From: Candidatus Latescibacterota bacterium
GTDB taxonomy: Bacteria > Latescibacterota > UBA2968
Length of the DNA: 64,000 bases
Direction: 5' to 3'
NCBI GenBank assembly: GCA_965222605.1
Contig: OZ244960.1
Span: forward strand, 2,208,001 to 2,272,000
Of this stretch, positions 56,589 through 64,000 are shown piece by piece. The position numbers and the translations under genes are program-made. How positions within the stretch are numbered: the stretch's first letter is position 1; each line of letters starts with the position of its first letter. The notes beneath the pieces are model-generated. The model ran no database searches, was not told where the DNA came from, and was given only the letters and a program-made list of their open reading frames with translations.

Positions 56589-57659
56589 CTACGGCTGCAG
56601 CAAGACCTTTCCGATCGAAAGCCGTTCCTCAATCAGCCGGTGCGCTGAAGATGCGTCTTCAAAGGGGTATACGTGGCGGACCACCGGCCGGAGCCTGTCG
56701 GCCTGGGCCAGGTCAATCAACGCTTCCATAATCTCGGGTGCGCGCGCCTCCGCATTGCTGGTACCCCCCCACCCGATCAACTTCAGATTTTTCACCCAGA
56801 ACGGCCAGAAGTCGACCTGACCTGTACCGGTGAAAGTGTTGGAACCAAAACTGACCATCCGGCCGCCTTCAGCCATGCAGTCCAGACTTCGGGTGAAGAC
56901 TTCGCCACCTACCGACTCCCACACCACGTCTACGCCGCGCCCTGCGGTGGCTTCCAGCACCGCAGCCACGAAGTCGTCGGTCCGATAGTTGATTGCCAGG
57001 TCAGCGCCGAGTTCGCGTGTCAGCTCGAGTTTTTCCGGGCTGCCAGCGGTGACCAACACCCGCGCCCCGAAGAATTTGGCAAGCTGGATGGCCAGGACTC
57101 CCGTGCCGCCTGCGGCGGCGTGGAGAAGCACAGTCTCACCTGCCTTCAAACCCGCTGCGATTTTCAAAGTGTGATACGCCACCGGCGCATAACCGAATGC
57201 GGCCACCTGCTCGGGCGTAAACGACGGGGGACAGGCCGTTGTACCCGGCCTTCCGTCGGGCCTGGGCTGCAAAGCCTTCGCATCCACCATACCCCACTCC
57301 ACGCACGAGCCTGGTCGCAGGCCTCCAACCAGATGGCGAGAACCGGGTTCAACACCTTCGACCTTCGTCCCCGGCACCACAACTTCCACGCAGGCTGTGC
57401 CACCGGGAAAATAGGGAGGACCCGCGATACCGTAACTCGATTCTCGTGCCGATCCGATGCGGCTGCTACCGCCGCGCCTGATGTGGAGCTGAATGTAGTC
57501 GATGGCAACGGCCAGAACCTTGACCAGAACCTCGTCGGGACCCGGCTGTGGCGTGGCTACCTCCTCACAGTGCAGGACCTCCGGCCCGCCAAATTCGCGG
57601 TATACTACGGCTTTCATCGTGTCGGGAAATCGGACGGGATTAATATCTCTTCCGGACAT
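56589..57659 (-). CDS. MDR-family NADPH:quinone oxidoreductase-like protein
   Basis: FGGPEVL, GETVLLHAAAGGTG, GRGVDVVWESVGG, GKVLL. Confidence 0.9.
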   Translation of the reverse strand: MSGRDINPVRFPDTMKAVVYREFGGPEVLHCEEVATPQPGPDEVLVKVLAVAIDYIQLHIRRGGSSRIGSARESSYGIAGPPYFPGGTACVEVVVPGTKVEGVEPGSRHLVGGLRPGSCVEWGMVDAKALQPRPDGRPGTTACPPSFTPEQVAAFGYAPVAYHTLKIAAGLKAGETVLLHAAAGGTGVLAIQLAKFFGARVLVTAGSPEKLELTRELGADLAINYRTDDFVAAVLEATAGRGVDVVWESVGGEVFTRSLDCMAEGGRMVSFGSNTFTGTGQVDFWPFWVKNLKLIGWGGTSNAEARAPEIMEALIDLAQADRLRPVVRHVYPFEDASSAHRLIEERLSIGKVLLQP

Positions 57660-57689
57660 ATCTGATGTGACCTCTCTGTAATGCGTCGG

Positions 57690-57739
57690 ACCCTGGCCTC
57701 ACCACTGACCAGTTCCTCAACGGTAATCTCCAATACATT
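57690..57739 (-). pseudogene. Remnant of the 3' part of a GWxTD gene
   Basis: 45/50 nt match to 47075-47124; encodes NVLEITVEELVSGEARV vs NILEITVEDLVSGEARV. Confidence 0.8.
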
Positions 57740-57825
57740 GGAGGGAACAGATGTCTGTAAGGCTCCGGCGGTCTCATCTCCCAGACCGGCCTCGCTTCCC
57801 CACCAGCGCTGCTTCCCTGCCGACA

Positions 57826-59322
57826 TCATCCGTCGCCCCGCGCAACGACCTCCGACCAGGGGACGCCCGAATGGATGTCCTCGTGCGCTTGAGACCAGGT
57901 CTCAGTTTCATAACCGGGGACATTTGCCGGAGTCAATCCCTCTGGAAGCGAGCCGTGCAGAAGCGGCGGACAGGAGCGGAAACGCAGCAGATCGATCAGC
58001 AGCTTTTCCCGGATCTCGCGGTAGTCGGGATCATCCCACCGGTTGATGAGTTCGCCCGGGTCAACGCGATGGTCGTAAAGTTCGCTCTCATCCCCCGTAA
58101 TATCGAGCGTAATCCGAAATTCCTCCGTACGCATCGACATATGGTGATATGACTTGACGTGTTCGCAGAGCACGGCCTGCTTATTCCAGGTATCTCTCCC
58201 CTGAAGAGCGGGAATCAGGCTTCTGCCCTGAACAGTATTGGGCGCCTCAATACCCAGAAGATCGGTCAAGGTGGGATAGAGATCGACGGATTCCACAAAG
58301 CTATCGAAAACCTCCCCCTGCGGCAACGCCGCGGGATAGCGCAGAATAAACGGCACCCGATGGATGCACTCGTAAAATCCGAGATTTTTCCAGATCAGGC
58401 CGTGTTCGCCGGCAAAATCGCCGTGGTCTGCCGAATAAATGACGATGGTCTCCTCGAGAATGCCCTGGGATTCCAATTCTTCGAGAATGCGTCCAATCTG
58501 CTCATCAATCAGGGAGACCAGTCCGTAATAGTGGGCGATGCACTTTTGTAGATGTGCCCTATCCCTGGGCCTGAAGGGATAGGGAAATTCTCCCCGTTTG
58601 GCCTGTTGCTGGCGTTCGGACTTGCCCTCAAACTCATCCGCAGCATTGGCCGGCACCGTAACCTCCTCGGGATCGTACATGCGATCAAAGGGCACGGGCA
58701 CGGTAAGCGGATCGTGTGGTCTTGAAAAAGAGATACATGCGAAGAAGGGTTTGCCCTTATCGCGATCCCGAAGATATTTGACAGACTCATTCCCACACCA
58801 GACCTCGACCGAATGCGCCAGTGGCAGGGGCGAAGTCACCGCACATTCGGGGTGCTTTGTCCACTTTTTGTTCAGATCAAAATCATCTGCCACCCCGGCT
58901 TCTACCAGACTGCGAAAATAGTCGCAACTCAACGGGTCGTCGGGCAGGGCGTCGGTCATGTGGTCGAAACGGTGATAATCGAACTCGCGGCGGGACCAGT
59001 GGACTCCAATATGCCCCTTGCCGATGATAGCTGTTTGATACCCCACCCGCTTCAATGTAGATGTGATCGGATTCAGGTGATCGGGCGGTTCGTCAGTGTT
59101 GCTGTGCCGCCGGTGAAAATGCTCGTACATCCCCGTCATGTAGGAAATCCGGGATGGACCACAGTGCGCGCTATTGCCATACGCCCGCGAAAACCGCACC
59201 CCCTCGTGCGCCAGGCGATCCATGTTGGGCGTCCGAAGCAGGGGTTCCCCAGCGCAGGACATCGTGCGCGCATTGTGCTGGTCGGTCAAAATCCAGAGGA
59301 TGTTGGGTTGTTCAGTTGCCAT
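57826..59322 (-). CDS. Sulfatase (Cys-type)
   Basis: PNILWILTDQH, CGPSRISYMTG, GKGH, SADHGDFAGEHG. Confidence 0.92.
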   Translation of the reverse strand: MATEQPNILWILTDQHNARTMSCAGEPLLRTPNMDRLAHEGVRFSRAYGNSAHCGPSRISYMTGMYEHFHRRHSNTDEPPDHLNPITSTLKRVGYQTAIIGKGHIGVHWSRREFDYHRFDHMTDALPDDPLSCDYFRSLVEAGVADDFDLNKKWTKHPECAVTSPLPLAHSVEVWCGNESVKYLRDRDKGKPFFACISFSRPHDPLTVPVPFDRMYDPEEVTVPANAADEFEGKSERQQQAKRGEFPYPFRPRDRAHLQKCIAHYYGLVSLIDEQIGRILEELESQGILEETIVIYSADHGDFAGEHGLIWKNLGFYECIHRVPFILRYPAALPQGEVFDSFVESVDLYPTLTDLLGIEAPNTVQGRSLIPALQGRDTWNKQAVLCEHVKSYHHMSMRTEEFRITLDITGDESELYDHRVDPGELINRWDDPDYREIREKLLIDLLRFRSCPPLLHGSLPEGLTPANVPGYETETWSQAHEDIHSGVPWSEVVARGDG

Positions 59323-59352
59323 GGTGGGTTATCTCCTTTTGAAAATTCCAAA

Positions 59353-61365
59353 TTACCAGCCGTGAACATAATGACCGTCTCCAAGAGGGAACCAGATGTA
59401 GTCAACAAGGGAGGAAAGGAAGACCCCCGCGACGTAGCCTATCGGGAGACCGATGAAGAAAGGAGTCGCACGGCGATACAGACCAATGCCCCCGATGCGC
59501 ATAATCAGGCTCTTGGCGGCCCAGGTCAGGAAGATGGAGAAGGCGTAGATCCGGGGACCCGTGGTATTCTGAAAGGCCAGACCGAGGGGATGGAGGGGCC
59601 ACCAGGGCAGGCGGTTGCGCAACAATATCATGAGCAGAACCTCCAGGGCGCCGAAAAGACAAACGCCCACCTTGGCGGGGTCGAAGACGGTGAGATCGCT
59701 CTCCAGGACTTTCGCCGCCAGTCTGTTGTACGGAGCGACCAGTGCTCCCGCCGGGTTAAAAGGTCCTTTGTGCAGGTTCTGCCCACCGTAGATGTAGGGC
59801 AGGTAAATCACGAAGAAGAAGGAGGCAAACAGGCCCGCGAGAAACGCCAGCAGAACGAGCCAGACGACGAGCGTTCGCCTGCGGGTGAGGCTGCTGAGGA
59901 GCTTGAAGTGATGGGGCAGCGCCGGCCAGGCCGGGATGCGGAGGTTACCGAAGAAAACTCCCGTGTTGACCATGCCGATGCCGACGAGGTCCCCCCGGGA
60001 AAGGTTCGCGGTGCCGACCAGGGTCTCCAGCATAGGTCCCCCTTTTACGGCCACCGGAAAAAGGTGGGTAAATCCGCTGGCGGCCGTGAACTTGGCAACG
60101 GTCAGGTAGGCGATGTAGAGCATTAGAGTGTGGGCGATGGCCATTGGGAGCGATATGCCGAAGGCGTGCATCAAGCCGACGATGAAGACGGTAGAGATCC
60201 CGAACCCGAGCAGGGCAATCCGATAGGACACAGTCCCCTCGTCCTTCGGAGCACCCACGCCCCCGAGTGCAGTGCGCCAGACCCGCTGCAGATGGCTCCG
60301 CGCGACCCAGACCGACCAGAGCGCCAACAGGACCATTGCGCCGTAGCCCTCCAGGTCGAGGATTCCAGTGGGAGGAGCCTGCTGCCCGGATAGTCCAATA
60401 CCGAAGCCAGTGCGGTTCATGATCCCCAGTTTGAAGATCGCCAGCAGGCGGAACACCCAGAGGCTGAGCAGGATATCCAGGGTGCAGAAGTAGGTAAGCC
60501 CGATCACCGTAGGCAGGACCCGGAGATAGACCGGAGGGAAGTCCCTGCTTACATACACCGCCTTGGTCAGGTAGAATCCAAAAACGGTGATTTCAGGCAA
60601 TACGACCGCGAAGTAACCTACGATATTCCAGAGAAAGATACCAAATACCAGAAAAAAGCCCACCCAGAAGACGCCATCTCGGAAGAGGCGGGGTACCCGC
60701 CCCGGCTCGTCGAATCCCGACGTCAACTCCACGGCAAATTGTGCAAGCGGATAGGTCAATCGCTCGGCATCCTCCCACTGGCGCTGGAGGATGATAAACG
60801 CGCAGATGCCGGCTGTGAGCACGGCGATGGGGATCGCCGTACCCCAGAAGAGGGGCCTGACCCACCCGATCCAGGGCACGGGTGTCTCGGGCGCAAGGCC
60901 GTCGTAATAGGGTCGGATAACGGCCGGAGACGCATCGGGCATATACCACCAGGGCAGGGCGTCGAAGAACGCCTCTTCCCACCGGTTCTCGGGGGAGGCG
61001 AAGTAGGTGGGTGCGGCCAGGGTACTCGCCCAGTAGCCGGTAAAACCCTCGAAGGGGATGTTTCCGGCGATCCAGGACATGCTGTAGATCACCAGGAGTT
61101 CAGTGCCGCTCAACGCCGCCCGGGGGAGGAAGGCCTTCAGACCCAGGTTGGCGAAGAGCCAGAGGCCAAACGGGATCAGCATCGCCATCGGAAACTGGGA
61201 CTTGTTCAAGGAAAAGGAGCCCATGACCATGCCGGCATAGTCGGCGTAGATGTTGAGAATTACGACAGTGGCCGCGCCCAGGAGAACGGAGCGGAGGGTG
61301 ATGCGGGCGGGCGCCTTCTCGGGAGCCTGGCTGGCGTTGGTGCCAAGAGCTGAAGAATCTTGCAT
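59353..61365 (-). CDS. DUF6785/DUF6784-like polytopic membrane protein (OPT-superfamily-like putative transporter)
   Basis: Many TM helices; TYFASPENRW, RQWEDAERLTYPL, WWPLHPLG, GG..LYRR..PFF.G motifs. Confidence 0.7.
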   Translation of the reverse strand: MQDSSALGTNASQAPEKAPARITLRSVLLGAATVVILNIYADYAGMVMGSFSLNKSQFPMAMLIPFGLWLFANLGLKAFLPRAALSGTELLVIYSMSWIAGNIPFEGFTGYWASTLAAPTYFASPENRWEEAFFDALPWWYMPDASPAVIRPYYDGLAPETPVPWIGWVRPLFWGTAIPIAVLTAGICAFIILQRQWEDAERLTYPLAQFAVELTSGFDEPGRVPRLFRDGVFWVGFFLVFGIFLWNIVGYFAVVLPEITVFGFYLTKAVYVSRDFPPVYLRVLPTVIGLTYFCTLDILLSLWVFRLLAIFKLGIMNRTGFGIGLSGQQAPPTGILDLEGYGAMVLLALWSVWVARSHLQRVWRTALGGVGAPKDEGTVSYRIALLGFGISTVFIVGLMHAFGISLPMAIAHTLMLYIAYLTVAKFTAASGFTHLFPVAVKGGPMLETLVGTANLSRGDLVGIGMVNTGVFFGNLRIPAWPALPHHFKLLSSLTRRRTLVVWLVLLAFLAGLFASFFFVIYLPYIYGGQNLHKGPFNPAGALVAPYNRLAAKVLESDLTVFDPAKVGVCLFGALEVLLMILLRNRLPWWPLHPLGLAFQNTTGPRIYAFSIFLTWAAKSLIMRIGGIGLYRRATPFFIGLPIGYVAGVFLSSLVDYIWFPLGDGHYVHGW

Positions 61366-61447
61366 GGGATCTGTTAAAAAAATATCGCAATGGCGCAAAA
61401 GCCACCCATTCAAACCAAAAGGTTCCAGGTGGGTAAGCTTTGTACCT

Positions 61448-61491
61448 GAGATCCCCTCGGCTCCGTCTAAAAGGGAAGCCGAGGGGATTTC
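61448..61491. other. Strong intergenic hairpin (terminator or mRNA-stabilising stem) after the second PorV gene
   Basis: GAGATCCCCTCGGCT / AGCCGAGGGGATTTC; no clear U-tract on the minus strand. Confidence 0.6.
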
Positions 61492-61509
61492 GCGTTTTCA
61501 GCCCGGCGG

Positions 61510-62493
61510 TTACAGCGAGCCGGAAAAGCTCAGACGGATCGGGGCATCGAAATATTTGCCGAAGTTGGAGTAGGCGATGTCCAGCCGAATATTTCGACCT
61601 GAGAAGGTGCCCTTCAGCCCTGCGCCGACAGTCCACGATTCTGCATCGTAGTCAAACTTATAGCCAGCGCGCAGCGCGACGATATTCTTCAACCACAACT
61701 CGCCGCCCAGATTATAGCGCTGGTCGCGGTCGGTGAAGTAAGCCCCCTCGAAGGAGGCGGTTAGCGACACTGGGTCGCCCAACTCGCCGATGAACTCCAT
61801 CGAGGTGCCCAGATTGAACACCACCGGGAATTCCGCGGGGTCGCTGTGGATCTTCATCTCGTTGCCCAGGTTGTTGATGCCCATGCCGATGCGGAGGCTG
61901 CGGTAGCCAGTGTGCAGCAGCGTGTAGAGGCTCAGCGAGGTCCCCCCCAGCTTTTCCGGGCCAAGATTGGACTGGACGAATGAGAACTTGGCGGCCGCAG
62001 AGAGCTTGTCGGTCAACTGACGGGCAAAAATCACACCCAAGGCGTAGTCGCCTACATCCAGCATTTCTCCTGTGCCATCGGGCTCCAGGATGGTGGTCCG
62101 TTCGATCTCTGGAGGTTGGTGGCTAACCACGGAAATGCCCAGCATAGCGTTCCACCCGACATTGAGGGCAACAGCGCCAGAGTAGAACTCGGAGTCCACC
62201 AGCCACTGCGCGTATCCAAAGGAATAACCCAACCGCCGCACCGAGGTGATACCGGCCGGATTCAAATAGATCGCATCCATGCCCTCAGCAACAGAGGTAT
62301 AGGCGTCGCCCATCGCCGCAATACGGGCACTTGGTGTGACCTTCAGGAAGGCGAGCGTGCTCGGTCCTTGCTTTTCAAAAGCTCCGGTAACCTTGTCATT
62401 AAACAGGTGCGGCACATCCAGATCTTGCTGTGCCTCCGCTCCCAGCGTGCCGCAGACGGCAATCGCGATCGCAAAGAAGAGAATTCTTTTCAT
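61510..62493 (-). CDS. PorV/PorQ-family outer-membrane protein (paralog of 24767-25747)
   Basis: EKQGPST..FLKVTP.AR.A.MGDAYTSVAEG shared with the first copy; LRAGYKF; signal peptide. Confidence 0.85.
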   Translation of the reverse strand: MKRILFFAIAIAVCGTLGAEAQQDLDVPHLFNDKVTGAFEKQGPSTLAFLKVTPSARIAAMGDAYTSVAEGMDAIYLNPAGITSVRRLGYSFGYAQWLVDSEFYSGAVALNVGWNAMLGISVVSHQPPEIERTTILEPDGTGEMLDVGDYALGVIFARQLTDKLSAAAKFSFVQSNLGPEKLGGTSLSLYTLLHTGYRSLRIGMGINNLGNEMKIHSDPAEFPVVFNLGTSMEFIGELGDPVSLTASFEGAYFTDRDQRYNLGGELWLKNIVALRAGYKFDYDAESWTVGAGLKGTFSGRNIRLDIAYSNFGKYFDAPIRLSFSGSL

Positions 62494-62521
62494 AGTTGAA
62501 ACCATCCTTTATTTAAAACAG

Positions 62522-64000
62522 CTACTTGTGCAGGATAAAGGCTCCTCGAGACAGCTTGCCCATGCTCTCCTGTACTTCGGATTCCACGACAAAATAGTAC
62601 AGTCCGGAAATGACTTCTCCACTGAGGAACCGGTCCTTTAACTCCCAATTGGTCTCGCCGAGAAGCGGGTTGTCGTGTTTGATTATCGCTACCATATCGC
62701 CCGATACCGAAAAGATGCGGATCGTACACTTGTGGGGTAATCCCACAAACCGCAGGCTCTCGGCGCCCTGGTAACTCTGGCCGTCCAGAGTTACACTGAA
62801 CGGGTTGGGCACCACTCGCACCTGCCGCTCCAGGTTGTCGCTCATTATGCTACTGGCCATCTTCGGGCGCAGCGGCACATTGACCTTTGTCTCTGGCGCG
62901 GAGTAGCCGCCCTCCAGTCCGCTCACGGTGAGGTGTTCCCGGACTTTCGGAGGCAGATCGGCCAGCGTCACTGACCCTTCGCTCCAGTCCTGCTTGGGAG
63001 AAGCAACGGCGCGGACGTTGTAGATGTAGCGGAAGCCCGCCAGGGAATTGGTATCTACATACCTATACGTTCCAGCACCTGTGGCCGGGACCTCTTCCAC
63101 CAGGTCCCAAGGGCCGTATTCCTGGAAGGTAGATCGGTAGATCCGGTAGGCCACAATGTCGGCCTCCCCATATTCGGGGTTGATTACCTTTTCCGCGGCG
63201 TCGGTCCACGAGAGCTCGATGTTGGCATCTCGGTTATTCCCCGCCTGGAAGTCCACGTCCGGTGGGGCGTTGGGGATGCGTAAGCCACTGTCGTATGCGA
63301 ACTGGGCGTGCGATAGGTTTTGCAGGAGGGCCTTTTCACCCTGGGCGAGCACCTGCTTGCGGGCATCGTCATTCAGACCCCTTTCCCCCACCCCGAATGC
63401 CCAGCTCATCTGGTCCCTTGCAAAACCGGTCCTGGAATCGACGTTGCTCTCTTCTATGTCCCCTGCGTGGCCAAAGACGTAGGTGACCACGATCTTGGCC
63501 TTATCTCCGGGCGCCAGGTCGTAAGGACCGTAGATCTGGTCGGACCAGACGACCCCCTCTGCAGGAGGATCGGCCATTGAGGGAGCCGTGTAAATGTCGT
63601 AGAGTTCGGCCATACCTACGCCCTTGCCGATGGGGTCGTCGATATTATCAAGCCCGTGTGCCCTGAACCAATGCCCCAGAACCTGGTCGCTCCTCGGCTC
63701 CACATAGCCTTGCGCCAGATCGTTCGCGTTAAAGACGTGGCTGGGGCCGGAATTGCGAAACGCCAGGGGGGCAAATCCGGCGTATTCCGGCGCGATCGGT
63801 GTGCCCTTTGGCCGGTCTCCGCTGGCTGGGAAGGAACCACCGGGATTTTCAAGGTCGGGATCAAATGGATCTCCTGTGTCATCCTCAAAGCTATTGGTGG
63901 TATTCCCATCATATACATAGGTGATGTATTTGCCGGAAAAGTCCGCAGCGGTCAGGCCGCTGAGAGAATTGGGCTGAAAGCCGGGAGAGCCCGAGAAACG
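62522..64000 (-). CDS. Secreted FN3/T9SS-CTD-like protein (paralog of 25790-28132), 5'-truncated by the window edge
   Basis: Frame open to 64000 (FQPNSLSGLTA.DF.GKYI, PLAFRNSG, YGPY.LAPGDKAKIV, NLSHAQFAY, VVPNPF all shared with the first copy). Confidence 0.85.
   Translation of the reverse strand, partial: RFSGSPGFQPNSLSGLTAADFSGKYITYVYDGNTTNSFEDDTGDPFDPDLENPGGSFPASGDRPKGTPIAPEYAGFAPLAFRNSGPSHVFNANDLAQGYVEPRSDQVLGHWFRAHGLDNIDDPIGKGVGMAELYDIYTAPSMADPPAEGVVWSDQIYGPYDLAPGDKAKIVVTYVFGHAGDIEESNVDSRTGFARDQMSWAFGVGERGLNDDARKQVLAQGEKALLQNLSHAQFAYDSGLRIPNAPPDVDFQAGNNRDANIELSWTDAAEKVINPEYGEADIVAYRIYRSTFQEYGPWDLVEEVPATGAGTYRYVDTNSLAGFRYIYNVRAVASPKQDWSEGSVTLADLPPKVREHLTVSGLEGGYSAPETKVNVPLRPKMASSIMSDNLERQVRVVPNPFSVTLDGQSYQGAESLRFVGLPHKCTIRIFSVSGDMVAIIKHDNPLLGETNWELKDRFLSGEVISGLYYFVVESEVQESMGKLSRGAFILHK

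Noticed and set aside
40863-57739. Short near-identical repeats of gene ends as possible DGR template/variable repeats
   Set aside because: Mismatches are not confined to adenines on either strand, those checked in the sulfatase scar are mostly synonymous, the copies are start+end fusions, and no reverse transcriptase is in the window
58813-60126. Long + strand ORF of 437 aa (likewise 9577-10668, 41081-42307, 54065-55102, 56673-57665, 26915-27826)
   Set aside because: Antisense shadows of well-supported minus-strand genes in GC-rich DNA; no recognisable motifs
1-64000. CRISPR array, cas genes or integron cassette array
   Set aside because: No regularly spaced repeats with unique spacers, no cas or integrase ORFs; the hairpins found are single terminators or REPs

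Overview
Bacterial chromosomal window. Gene content (PorV-family barrels, T9SS-CTD-like tails, GWxTD proteins, dockerin-like EF-hand proteins, many sulfatases and PhyH dioxygenases) suggests an FCB-superphylum organism such as Latescibacterota or Gemmatimonadota; this is inference only. The first ~21 kb is mostly core or regulatory: a PhoB/PhoR-like pair, two tRNA-Pro genes, a hybrid-kinase/Hpt/STAS/REC-RsbW partner-switching cluster, an IS1595 remnant followed by a DUF5678-like + retropepsin-protease pair, DUF368, an orphan LivK-like binding protein, an mlaEFD operon and a sigma-70 factor. From ~21.4 kb to the end is an accessory catabolic region with aminotransferases, GHL10-like proteins, PhyH dioxygenases, sulfatases, AcnX, amidohydrolases and a DUF6785-like transporter. 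It contains a SusD-less uptake module (OM barrel - TonB-dependent receptor - secreted protein with a T9SS-CTD-like tail - adjacent PorV paralog, divergent from a GWxTD/TPR gene). The CTD-protein/PorV pair recurs at the right edge. At least four intergenic 'gene scars' are short copies of the starts and/or ends of genes that are intact elsewhere in the window, consistent with duplication followed by reciprocal, microhomology-mediated gene collapse. No CRISPR array, rRNA, integrase or reverse transcriptase was seen. All family calls come from motif recognition by eye; no database searches were run.
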